From contig JABFOP010000159.1 in assembly GCA_016618385.1 (NCBI GenBank), positions 502,555 through 566,554 on the forward strand: a DNA stretch of 64,000 nucleotides, written 5' to 3'. The position numbers were made by a program, and so were the translations under genes. This DNA is from Nymphon striatum (lineage: Eukaryota). The notes beneath the pieces are model-generated. The model saw only the letters and a list, made by a program, of their open reading frames with translations, searched no databases and had not been told where the DNA came from. Below are positions 12,194 through 22,905 of the stretch, piece by piece (the first letter of the stretch is position 1; every line of letters begins with the position of its first letter).

Positions 12194-12531
12194 ATAAATG
12201 AAGCTGAAGGAATTCTTCTAAGTATTAGAGAACGTCAAGTAGCGTGTGATTCCCATAAAAATTTGTGTGACCTCAGTCATCAGTTTTACAATTTGATTCC
12301 ACACCATGATAAGGCTTGCATTGAAACTCTCAGAGATGTTGTCAAGAAGCAGGAGTTATGTCAGTTAATTCGAGATGTCATTACTGTAAGTGAAACCACA
12401 GGATGGGATCTAAAATTTCAGACTCAATCAGCTTTATATAGAGCATTAAAATGTCAAATTGAATATATCAGTGAAGATGATCAGCGTTTTTATGACATTT
12501 CTGATCTGATATACCGTTCCCAGCATCATGG
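12194..12531 (+). CDS. PARP4: PARP4-like exon 7 (helical regulatory-like region)
   Basis: The exon encodes INEAEGILLSIRERQ...QELCQLIRDVITVSETT..ALYRALKCQIEYISEDDQRFYDISDLIYRSQHHG. This is strongly similar to the human VSKAEGILLLVKAAL...ADLCQLIRDMVNVCETN..AKYRALRCKIEHVEQNTEEF. The donor is GTATGT at 12532 and the exon ends in phase 2. Confidence 0.75.
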
Positions 12532-13776
12532 GTATGTCTTAATCTGAGATTGATTTATTATTCAAAGCTTTATTATTCATATCACAATATGGTGTGTTAT
12601 AACACTTCATACAGATGATATAGTAATTTTATTTTTTAATGATGGTGACAAGACGGCTAAAACACGGTATTGGTGCTGATCAGGTTTATCTTGTGTTATA
12701 TCAATGGCACAGAAAAAATATACAAGATAGGAACTAATTTTAAAGATTGACTAGCCTTGCAGTTACCTATCTCACTTCTCTGAAAATTTCAAGAGGCTAG
12801 TATTACCCATTCTTAAGATATGCATTGAAACATGCTCCAAAAATGGCCATTTTTTAGAGTTATGCAGTCTCACTTGAAAAAAAATGATATTATAAGTACA
12901 AAATACTCTAAATTTCAATAAGAAATGATACATAAATTGGTACGGTTTTATACAGACTTCTGTCCTGTAAGTTTTGCTGCATGAATTTATGAAATCGGTC
13001 ATAAATTATGGATTTATATGGTAAATACTATCAGCAGTGGTTTTGTTTAAACACTAAAAATCAAACATATGCTTGTTGTTATATTCCAATAATTGGTACA
13101 AAATAGCAGTTAATTGAACTTACATTGACATTAACCATTCAGTTATTTATTATGGTAAGCACAAAAAACATTCATGTTTCAGGGCTAGCCCTGGTTTAGG
13201 CATGAACAATTGTTCTTTGGTAAATATTGAAATTCAAAATTCGGTAGTGTCTGTAACCATTAAAAGTTTATGTTGCAATAGTTTCATTGTTTCTCATTTC
13301 AAAAGTATAAATCCTACACTGGCTAATGTGTATTCATGTAATGTCCAAGTTTGCCAAAATTTGTAGTGCTGTGAATTAACATCATTGAAAATTACTACTT
13401 TGAAAAGGTTACAGACACTACACAAAAAGTTACAGCAAAAGTGTCTATAACTTTTGTTATACCATAGGATGGAAATGGTGGATAAAAAAATGATGCATGC
13501 ATGTTCACGAAAAACTAAACTTGATTTGTGTAGGAGATACCCTTAACTTTGCAATTAACTCCAAAGAAATATGGTATCTAAAAATTCAATTTTTTGAGTA
13601 AGTGAGACTACTTTCAGCACCAATACCGTGTTTCAGCCGAGAGTCAATTTATTGTTCTTTCATTGCTATTAGATAGATGGAAAATTTAATGTTATGTGCA
13701 ATAATCTTATGAGACGATTCAGTTAATTAATTTCCATTATTTGGATAGAATATTTAATTTAATTTTATTTGTTTAG

Positions 13777-14013
13777 GAATTCATGTATTACCATTGATAA
13801 TATATATTCTGTTAATCGAATGATTGAAGCAAAACAATTCAACTCAAAAATCAGGAACATTAAACGACTTTTTCATGCTTCTGGGGTTGCAAATATTGTT
13901 GGAATTTTATCTAGAGGACTTTTGATGCCCAAAAAGTATGTTGAAGATATGGGAGGCAAACGAACAGATGCTGGCATGCTTGGCAGTGGTATATATTTCT
14001 CTGACTCTGCAAG
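13777..14013 (+). CDS. PARP4: PARP4-like exon 8 (PARP catalytic domain part 1; NAD+ site His and Tyr)
   Basis: The exon encodes ..RLFHASGVANIVGILSRGLLMPKKYVEDMGGKRTDAGMLGSGIYFSDSA. This matches the human RPLLHGSPVQNIVGILCRGLLLPKVVEDRGVQRTDVGNLGSGIYFSDS. It reads correctly only with the phase-2 acceptor at 13775-13776. The donor is GTTTGT at 14014. Confidence 0.85.
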
Positions 14014-14111
14014 GTTTGTTCTACATTTCAGTCTTTGTTGTTGTTAATTTTTACTTTTTTCTCAAATGCTTTGAAATTAATTCCTTTTTTTCTTTATTAT
14101 TTCTCTTCCAG

Positions 14112-14295
14112 TACAAGTTTAAAATATGCTAATTGTAGTAAAATAAAAGGTACACGGTTCTTACTTGTTCACGATGTAGCTCTTGGAAAAATATTTCAAA
14201 CATCAAAGTTTGATACCTGTCTGGATTGTGCTCCAGAAGGCTATGACAGCACCCATGGAGTAATGGATCAGTTTAATCAGAAATCAGATTTCAAG
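14112..14295 (+). CDS. PARP4: PARP4-like exon 9 (PARP catalytic domain part 2)
   Basis: The exon encodes STSLKYANCSKIKGTRFLLVHDVALGKIFQTSKFDTCLDCAPEGYDSTHGVMDQFNQKSDFK. This aligns to the human STSIKYSHPGETDGTRLLLICDVALGKCMDL..APPGYDSVHGV. The acceptor is CCAG at 14108-14111 and the donor GTAGTA at 14296. Confidence 0.8.
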
Positions 14296-14399
14296 GTAGT
14301 ATATTCTAATATGTGGAATTGTAACTGTTTCATTGACAAATGGACGTAGGCTGGACATTTGCCCTATAAAACATAACAAATGGACCACTTAAACCACAT

Positions 14400-14548
14400 T
14401 TTAGCTACTAGAAAAGGGGAAACCGTAGAGAAGGTGGATAGACGATATAGCTAAGTTTGACTGTGATTGTATGGAGAAAGCTGTTGATAGAGAGGACTGG
14501 AGATCTAAGAGGGAGGCTTTTGCCCAGTAGTGGGCCTAATTGATGATG
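14400..14548 (+). mobile_element. LINE (RTE-like) 3' end with (GATGAT)n tail
   Basis: ..GGAGGCTTTTGCCCAGTAGTGGGCCTAATTGATGATGATGATG matches the 3' end of the minus-strand RTE-like copy at 33698 and the copies at 58460 and 29095. Confidence 0.5.
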
Positions 14549-14643
14549 ATGATGTATCTGCATTACTTCACACCGTGAAACGTAGTGAAAGCATTTCAAA
14601 ATACACTTCCTAACTCAAATTTACCTTTTTTTAACCATATTAC

Positions 14644-15055
14644 ACGAAACTCATGGATTTATGGCAGGCTGAAGGTCATATCCATCCAAATAGATACAGT
14701 GCTTCTCTGTCAGAAGTACAACCCATGATGGGTAAGTCTTATTTCTCACGCTGAAGCCTAAAATTGGCAGATCTTGCTGGTGCTGCACTTCACCAGGACC
14801 TTCCACCCCACTATTCTTTGAAAAGCGATGTGTGTTCTTTAACATGCAGAGGGTGTGACCCTCATCTACACCGTACCTCCATTAACATCCCATCCAAGGG
14901 ATGGAGTATCTTCTCTCCTAAACCAGCCTTCATCTAGTATGAGAGAGGAAAGCAAGTGAATACAATGTAAAGGGTGCAAAAGTGGAGAGTCAAATATGAT
15001 TCGAACCTGGGTCAATGACGTCCTGAATGGAGATATTGTACCAGTTGGCCACCCG
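14644..15055 (-). mobile_element. tRNA-derived SINE, divergent copy
   Basis: The body is alignable to the copies at 45303, 53461 and 17581. The tRNA-like head lies at the right end (..GATTCGAACCTGGGTCAATGACG..). Confidence 0.55.
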
Positions 15056-15702
15056 TTCTTTTGTACTCACTTATGGGACAAGTGGAGCAATTAGAGGGAG
15101 ACAGTAAAGCAAATAGAGGGAGTAGTGTCAAACTAAGCAATTTTAAATGGGAATCAATGAAGTGAAATGTTCCTCATTTATAACAAATATAATTTGACTG
15201 TCAGCTCTACATAACAGGGCTCATCCTAGGGTCAAATTTTATGGAGAAATGAAGCAATTTAACGGAGAAGTGGGTGTTTGCAATGCGGATTTCTTCAACA
15301 TTATCTTGTCTAATGTGCACTCATTACAGTATGTAAAAACAACTTGGAGATATACCAGTACTTTAATATCTACTCTTAGCACTCAGTGTATTAATTGTGG
15401 TTCTAATGAAATGAAAATGTTGTATTTTCTAAACATTTTTTTTTAATTTTTTTTTTTTTTAAAAGCAAAGTCGATTTCGCCCCGATTAATTAAATATCGA
15501 AGTCAATCAACTCAAGGCGAAGTTATCGCCCGAATCGCCCTCTCGGATGAGCCCTGAATAAATCTGTTATTAGACTCTGTCAAGTTGTATTATATTTTAG
15601 GATTAATTTACACTTTCTTCGTTATAAGATTCATATGAGTTTTAAATATTTGTATGAGTAGTATAACTAGTACAAATTACTTTTCCTTAATGATTTATTA
15701 AA

Positions 15703-16046
15703 AATAAATAAGCTAAAATAACACAACATTTTGACGACGCCATTATCAAGTAAAAAAAAAAAAAAACCCTAAAACTATTATTCAAAAAACATTATAAAAT
15801 ATAAAATTCAAAAAGAACTGCTGAAAAGAAAAACAGTCATGTATAAATAGCAAAGAAGGGGGGGGGGGAATATTTTGTATTTTCCTCATACATGACTGTT
15901 TTCTTTTTCGGCAGTTCTTTGTGAATTTTATCTTTTATAATGTTTTTTGAATAATAGTTTTAGGGTTTTTTTTTTTTATTTTTTTTATTTGATAATGACG
16001 ATATGGCGTCGTCGAAACGTTGTGTAACTTTAGCTTATTTATTTTT
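15703..16046. repeat. foldback element: near-perfect 150-bp inverted arms around a poly-G loop
   Basis: 15703-15844 is the reverse complement of 15889-16046 (..TTGACGACGCCATTATCAAG.. / ..TTGATAATGACGATATGGCGTCGTCGAAACG..). The central loop carries G11. Confidence 0.65.
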
Positions 16047-16322
16047 AATAAAATGTTTGAAAAAAAGTACTTTTATCAGACTTAATGATTTACTCAAATA
16101 TAATTTCTAATTCTCTTCTTTTGTAACACAGATGTTAGATAAGCATTAAAATATAAATTCTTCCTTACAAATCCTGGAAAATTTCAGGAATACACTCTCG
16201 CAAGTGTAAAGAATTTAAAATTTTTACTATTTCTCTGTTTTGATTGATGAGCTACTTTCGTTCTTCCACTATTCTGGAGCATGACTTAATTTGTTACGTA
16301 ATTTTCCAATTTTAATTTCTAG

Positions 16323-16491
16323 GATGATGAATTTGTTATATATGATACCAATCAGCAAATAATGAGTTATCTTGTTGAATTCCACATTGAAGATGATACA
16401 CTGATACCAAGAAATCCTCTAATTTTAAACAGCAATGAGCCTGAACAAATGGAAATTAATGCTTTCGATGACAGCAATAGCAATAACATTT
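16323..16491 (+). CDS. PARP4: PARP4-like exon 10 (PARP catalytic domain part 3; catalytic Glu)
   Basis: The exon encodes DDEFVIYDTNQQIMSYLVEFHIEDDTLIPRNPLILNSNEPEQMEINAFDDSNSNNI. DDEFVIYDTNQ aligns to the human DDEFVVYKTNQVKMKYIIKF, which contains the catalytic glutamate. The acceptor is TCTAG at 16318-16322 and the donor GTAAGC at 16492. The exon ends in phase 1. Confidence 0.75.
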
Positions 16492-17039
16492 GTAAGCATT
16501 CTTAATTAATGCAAGTTCCTTTGAAAATTTGACCAACGTCTCTCTTACAAACATGTCTATAGAGTACTCATCTCTTTTGTTTGATGGTCAGTCCGACAAT
16601 AATAACATCTAAGAAATAGAGGATATGTAATGAGTTCCAATTTGATATTAGATTTGTGATGCAAGCCTTGGCGAGCAAAAATAAAACAATGGTAGCGAGT
16701 TTCACAAATCTCATATCAAATTGGAACGAATTACGTATCCTTTATATCACATAATATCTTTAAAACATTTAAAATAATTAAAAAACAACTTATGGATTCA
16801 ATTTCCATTTAAACATTTTTATATGTGACCAAACGACTCAATTTGTAGCATTGGTGTATAGTATAGATTACAATAATCCGCGTAAAAATAGTCCCGTTAA
16901 TTAAGAGATATTTAACAGTTCTACAAGAAAATATGTTAATATGACATATATTTTGAAATTGGTAATATCAATAACAATTATGCCTGAAACATATAATATT
17001 TAACAAACAATTTATAAAATTTCTACATTCATAGTAAAA

Positions 17040-17270
17040 AGCTTGACCATTCATTGGACCAATCAACTTGGAATTCAAAAAACTACATCTACAATTTATT
17101 ACATATTTGATAAAAATAATTAAAATTATTAAAAATGTGCACTTAAATTTAAAAACAAATAATAAACGTCATGTTTACGCATAGCAGGGAAACTGACTGG
17201 TACCTTCATAAATGTTACCATTTTCACCCACACTCCACATCCGTGAAGCGGGTCCCTGCACTAGTGTTAT
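17040..17270. repeat. repeat unit, inverted partner at 20500-20720
   Basis: The 17040-17270 sequence is reverse-complementary (over about 90%) to 20500-20720 (..CACTAGTGCAGAGACCCGCTTTGCGGATGTGGAATGTGGGTGAAAATGGTAACATTTATGAAGGTACCAGTC..). The two copies sit in introns flanking exons 11 to 13. Confidence 0.6.
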
Positions 17271-17580
17271 GATAAAGGACATGAGTGAGGGAGGATTAAA
17301 ATTGGAATTTAGAATCGTCTGGCATGCTAGTATTAGGTTCCACGATCCTGTACCGTATCTTTACTCCTTCTTTGATTTCAGTCTTGTAAGAACACATGTT
17401 TTGTAACATAAACAACAATAAATCAAATTTGAATTTACAAGTGGCATCAGTTATTGTGGTGCAACAGATGTCCAACAGTGTGTCAAATTCAGTTCAGAAC
17501 TTGCCAGTTTTAAAAATTGTTTGTTTTCTAGAAATTAGATAAAGAGCTGGGTACTTTTTTTATTTTTTTATCTTATTGCA

Positions 17581-17936
17581 GTCAACTTATATGGGTTTAT
17601 GGCAAGCTGGAGGCTTTGTCCATCCGACTGAATGCAGTGCCTCTCTGTTAGAACTACAAGCCATGGTGAGCGAGTCTTATTTCTCACACCGCAGTCAAGA
17701 ATAGGCATTCCTCACAGGTGCTACCCTTCACCGGGATCACCCTACTCTTTATTCAAATAGTGAAGTGTGTTCTTTAACGTGCAGAGGGTGTGACTCTCCT
17801 TTACACAGGACCTCCGTTTAACATCATATCTGAGGGACAGAGTATTTTCTCTCTAAAACCAGCCTGCATCCGGTATCAGAGAGGAGAGCACGAGAATACA
17901 CAACGTAAAGGGTGAAAAAGTGGTAGGGTTCGAATG
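17581..17936 (-). mobile_element. tRNA-derived SINE (head truncated), in intron between exons 10 and 11
   Basis: GTCAACTTATATGGGTTTATGGCAAGCTGGAGGCTTTGTCCATCCGACTGAATGCAGTG...GGGTTCGAATG is about 90% identical to the copies at 45303 and 53461. Confidence 0.7.
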
Positions 17937-18035
17937 TTATCTTTTGTATTATTGAATGTATTATCTTTTTGAAATATTTTATAATGATCTGAAATATTTT
18001 CGTTATTTAATATTTGAATCATTTTATTTTCTCAG

Positions 18036-18166
18036 CTGTGGATGATGCTTACAATGTTACGAATCCAAATGACAAAGTTGTATCTGGATTACAAAATAAA
18101 AAAGATGAAAAGATACCCCTCAACTACGTTTCCTTACAAATCAATGTTATTGATTCTATTGGAAAA
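18036..18166 (+). CDS. PARP4: PARP4-like exon 11 (linker before VIT)
   Basis: The acceptor is CTCAG at 18031-18035 (phase 1) and the donor GTAAGT at 18167 (phase 0). The exon encodes SVDDAYNVTNPNDKVVSGLQNKKDEKIPLNYVSLQINVIDSIGK. This resembles the human ..SGNLVPLEDVHIKGRIIDTVAQ. Confidence 0.6.
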
Positions 18167-18257
18167 GTAAGTCTAGGAGAATAATAACTTGAAAAAAGTT
18201 CAAATCAATAGTTATTTTGATAGATTAATGTTTAATCAAAGTATGTATATTTTCCAG

Positions 18258-18476
18258 GTTACAATATATCAAGAGTATAAGAATTATAGTAATGAAGCGA
18301 TAGAGGCAAAATATGTGTTTCCTCTGGACGAGTCTGCCGCTGTTTGTGGCTTTGAAGCATTTATCAATGAAAAACATGTCATTGGAGAAGTTAAAGAGAA
18401 AGAAACTGCTCATAAAGAATACAAGAAAGCTATTAGTGAAGGGCATGGTGCATATTTAATGGATGAAGAAAAACCA
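18258..18476 (+). CDS. PARP4: PARP4-like exon 12 (VIT domain)
   Basis: The exon encodes VTIYQEYKNYSNEAIEAKYVFPLDESAAVCGFEAFINEKHVIGEVKEKETAHKEYKKAISEGHGAYLMDEEKP. This is near-colinear with the human VIVFQTYTNKSHVPIEAKYIFPLDDKAAVCGFEAFINGKHIVGEIKEKEEAQQEYLEAVTQGHGAYLMSQDAP. The acceptor is TCCAG at 18253-18257 and the donor GTAAGT at 18477. Confidence 0.85.
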
Positions 18477-18603
18477 GTAAGTAACTATTTTACTGTAGAT
18501 TTTTTAACGCAAGTGGACTTCAAGTATATAACAAGATCAAAGCTTGAGTGGCTTACTGGTATAAGACCTTCTGTCTGGGCTGGAATGTCCCAGGTTTGAA
18601 TTT

Positions 18604-18912
18604 CATTCGAGCCCTCCACTCTTTACGTTGTGTATTTCAGTGCTCACCTATATGAAATCAGATGCGGGCTGGCTTAACAGAGAAAATACTCTGTCCCTTG
18701 AATAAATGGAGGTCGCATGTTGAAGAGAGTCGCACCCACGGCACGTTAAAGAACACACTTCACTACTCGAACAAGAATAGGGTGGAAGGTCCCGGTGAAA
18801 TGGAGCACTTGAAAGGCAGGCCATATCTTGGTTGCAGTGTAAGAAATAGAATTTTCCCACCAGTGCTTGAAGTTCTGACAGAGAAGCACAGCTTTCAGTA
18901 TAGTTGACACAG
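18604..18912 (+). mobile_element. tRNA-derived SINE (plus orientation, truncated), in intron between exons 12 and 13
   Basis: This is the reverse complement of the SINE body: CATTCGAGCCCTCCACTCTTTACGTTGTGTATT...GGGTGGAAGGTCCCGGTGAAATGGAGCAC.... It is inverted relative to the 17581 copy. Confidence 0.65.
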
Positions 18913-19009
18913 CCCCTAGCCTAATGACCTGCATGAGGGTTAGAAGGTGAAACCATATTTTTTTTTAGATTCGAGTTAAAACCTAGAATGGTCAGGTTTT
19001 TTGAGTAAC

Positions 19010-19485
19010 TTTTAATGATAAAATTTATTGCAATGAAACTTTCAAACTTAAAATCCATTATCCAAACAACTATTAAAAGAAAAATTAAACTCTTGACATT
19101 TCTACGCTAGCTTGCGTCATTATCAAGCTAAAGTAAAAGTATCTGTTCTAAAAGTTAGTATATACAGCAAAACCTGTAATGTACGGACCCTGAAATGGAC
19201 AGACACCTGCCATCTACGGACATAAATACCATGTACAGAGTGCAGTTCAATGTTAACCACCTGTCAAAAGCCACGCAGACAGCATTTTCCCAGCAATTTT
19301 CCTTGATTTTGCCACTTTTGCCAAATTCTATATATATTAACTTTTAGAACAGATACTTTTACTTCAGTTTGATAATGATACCAGCTAGCGTCGAAACGTC
19401 GAGTTTATTTTTTATTTTAATAGTTACTTGTTTTACCTTAATTTTACAATTTTTTTTGGCAATAAATTTTATCATTAAAGTGAAA
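19010..19485. repeat. foldback element, same family as 15703 and 35047 (arms 19010-19170 and 19325-19485)
   Basis: The arms are mutually reverse-complementary. They share the core TTGATAATGAYRCCAGCTAGCGTCGAAACGTCGAG with the other family members. Confidence 0.6.
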
Positions 19486-20277
19486 AAATAAAGAAATAGT
19501 GAAGTTGAGCTCAAAACTAAACTTGTCAAAAATTTGCATTTCACTGACAGTTGTGGACAAATAATCCCTTAGTGAGCTAAAAAAAACATACGCTTACAAG
19601 TTGCATGGCTCCTTTCATTTATTGAAAACTAACTTAATGTAAATGAATACTGTAGTTATTCGTGAGGAAAGTATATACTTCTTTGAAAACATTTATTGAA
19701 TAACTGACTTAGGATACATGATTAAAGAAAATAATTTGAATAGAAGGAGGAGCTAAGAAGTAGCAGTTAAGTAGAGTGAAATAAGATTAAAGATGAGTGA
19801 GGAAGGAATAAATTCTAGATCACTACATTACTAACATGAAAGTAATATTTGTTTCCTTATATTTAATATGGTGTTTGGTTGTGAATTAACTTTAAACAAT
19901 TAGTATTATCAATTTTGAAGGGACATTGTTGCTCACGACTCTGCATTATTTTGGTCTGACTATAAGTTGAAATGTTGATTATTATAATAATTCATTTCAC
20001 TATTCGAATAAGAGTAGGGTGGAAGGTCCCGGTGAAGTGAAGCACCTACGCGTCGTAATATGCCAATTCTTGGCTCCTGACAATATGTCTGGTCAGCATG
20101 TCAGTGGTACTGCCAAAATTCCTCAATGAAATTGAAGAGGGATATGTCCAGCAGTAAACTGCACCAATGTCCTAATACTGTATGAATGAATGATGATTCT
20201 TATATCTTAATTCAAGTTGCATATATGCTTTCTGTATGCTTATGAATTTTTATTTTATTATGATTTTCAACATTTAG

Positions 20278-20442
20278 AACATATTCATGGTACATGTAGG
20301 AAATTTGCCTGCAGGAGCAACAGTCATTATCAAGATTACATATGTGATTGAACTGCATGTTGAGGGAGATTATTATTTATTAAAGATTCCTAATTATGTG
20401 GCACCATGGGATTCATCTGCTTGTTTGGATAAAGAAAATCAG
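20278..20442 (+). CDS. PARP4: PARP4-like exon 13 (VIT domain continuation)
   Basis: The exon encodes NIFMVHVGNLPAGATVIIKITYVIELHVEGDYYLLKIPNYVAPWDSSACLDKENQ. This aligns to the human VFTVSVGNLPPKAKVLIKITYITELS..MPATVAPWQQDKALNENLQ. The acceptor is TTTAG at 20273-20277 and the donor GTAATT at 20443. Confidence 0.8.
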
Positions 20443-20499
20443 GTAATTTTCTAATATGTTTTATTTTCGAATCATGAAATATGTTGTTTGTTGTTTACA

Positions 20500-20720
20500 C
20501 TAGTGCAGAGACCCGCTTTGCGGATGTGGAATGTGGGTGAAAATGGTAACATTTATGAAGGTACCAGTCATTTTCCCTGCTATGCATAAACATGACGTTT
20601 ATTGTTTGTTTTTAAATTTAAGTGCACATGTTTAATAATTTTAAATATTTTTATCAAATATGTAATAAATTGTAGATGTAGTTTTTTGAATTCCAAGTTG
20701 ACTGTAAATAAGATAAAGAC
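20500..20720. repeat. inverted partner of the 17040-17270 repeat (partial tandem redundancy to 20960)
   Basis: See the entry at 17040. In addition, 20860-20960 partly repeats the 20640-20720 segment. Confidence 0.6.
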
Positions 20721-22905
20721 TACTCATATCCTGCTATATTTAAACGGTGTTTATTATTTGTTTTTAAATTTTATTCATGTTAACCCACATTTTTCACAAT
20801 TTTTTATAAAATATTCATTCAAGTCCATTTATACAAACAATTCTTAATAATTTTAATTATTTGCATCAATTATATAATAAATTGAAGACGTAGTTATTTG
20901 AATTCCAAGTTGATTCACGTGAACTGAAGATTAAGAAAAACACATTAAAATGATAATTACGTCGTATTTGTAAATGGACGCAGGAAAGCAATGTGACCAA
21001 AACATTTTCAGGACGGCAAGTTATTATGTACCAAAAAAAATCTCGTTGGTGAGTGGCGTAGTTTAAGAAATCTTAAACCTTGCAGATGTTTTCTTACACA
21101 TTTATATATGTATTAGATGTTGCAACAGCTCAGCTGCATAGCTGTTTTGGCTACTGATTTTTGGTTTCATTTTATTCATTTGTTAACTAGTAGTTACATT
21201 TACTAGTAACATTTTACTTGTAACATTTGCTGCCCATTCACTATTCATTATTTCTTTTCGTATTATCATGCTTTCCTCTCTGAATCAGATGTAGGCTAGT
21301 TCGGATGAGAAAATACTCCGGCTCTTAGGAAACCGCCGTGCCACTGCAGGTAGAGAGCTCGTTTGTGAAGTATTGGTTTAGCGGCCGCTACTCTGAACTA
21401 TAGTTTGATCCCCATAAGTGTCAGTGGTGGATGTTAGGAAGGGCGTCTAGTCATAAATGGTTTCCTCGCCACGAGAAAAAGTTTTAATAAGGACATGGCC
21501 GATCCCTCAAGGGACTAAGGTGAAGAAGAGTCTTGTATGAAAAATTAATAGTATTTTTTGTATATTTTTCTTTTAAGATTTGAATATCATCATTAAAGAA
21601 GGCCGGGTAGCCGAGTAGATAAAACATCTTTCCATTTATGTGTCTGATTGATTCAGGTTCAAATCTCACTCCAACCTCTCATTTGCTATTCTTTCTTTAC
21701 TGCTGTGTATTATCGTGCCTTCCTCTCTGAATCAGATGCAGGCTGGTTTAGATGATGAGAAATACTCTGTCCCTAGAAAAGTACGTTAATAGAGGTCCTG
21801 TGTAAAGGAGAGCCATAACCTATACACGTTAAAAAACCCACTTCACTATTTGAAGAAGAGTAAGTTAGAATGTCCCTGTGATGTGGAGCACCTGCATAAC
21901 TCATTAGAAGTCGTATGAGTCTCGGCAGAACTCGACAGAACTCGGCAGAACTCAGGACTTATTTGAACTCCATTAACATTTGATAATGGGTTATGAGCTA
22001 TCGGTCATCAAACACAAATTTGATGCAACTTGTAATGAGCTATACCTGCTGTGCCACGGCTTCAATATCTTCAATATGAACCAAGTACCATAAAGAATTC
22101 AATTGAGGAAACTATCTTGTGCTGATAAGAAAGACAAATGAGTGAAAAAGGTTTTGAAATCAATGGTAGTGTGAATTAAGTCCTTGACTTAATTCACACT
22201 ACCTAGAGACTAGGTGGAAAGCTCGAAGGCTTGCTGCAGGGTGAGCAGCAAGCTAGAGATCAGTCCATGTTTGTAGTGGAGGTTCTGAAAAAATGTGTAT
22301 TTCCATAAGTTGCTGGTCGATTTGGATTACGTCTGTGCACAACTTGATAGTAATATAAATTGTTCTGAAAAAATGGTCCAGGATAGTTAAACTGGATTAA
22401 ATTTGTGAATACTGGATTGGAGACAGTCGTGAATAGGTAAATTTGTCCCAATCTCTGGATTCTGGATTCTGGACTTGATTACTGGTAACAAATTAACTGG
22501 AGACAAATCTTAGCCCGTAGGATTTTTGTTCCATTAAGTTAAAAGAAGTTATATTGTTGAATAAAAACTCAGGAGCTCCAAGCACATGAAGATCTTGAAG
22601 CGAAACTTGTGGAGCTCCGAGTATATAAAAGTCTTGAAGTGAACTTATCTTTTTGATGAGAAAACCGTACTTTTATTCGTTTGAAGTACAGCTGCGAGGT
22701 TCATAGACCCCTCCTCATATGCTAATCACTTGACACGGCACCTCTCGCACCGCACTGGGAGAGAGTGTGAACATTTGTTTACGACAAAATAAAACATTAT
22801 AATTAGGAACAAAGTCCATCGCTAGGAGGTTATAGTCATTTTACTACCAATTGTCTGATAAACAATCCTGTGTTGATTTGTTTTTATACTGATTTTGTAT
22901 GGCTA

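Noticed and set aside
19359-19544. ORF 19359-19544 (-) MKCKFLTSLVLSST...
   Set aside because: It lies entirely within one arm of the foldback element at 19010-19485 and is a low-complexity K/L/I-rich AT-rich translation artefact.
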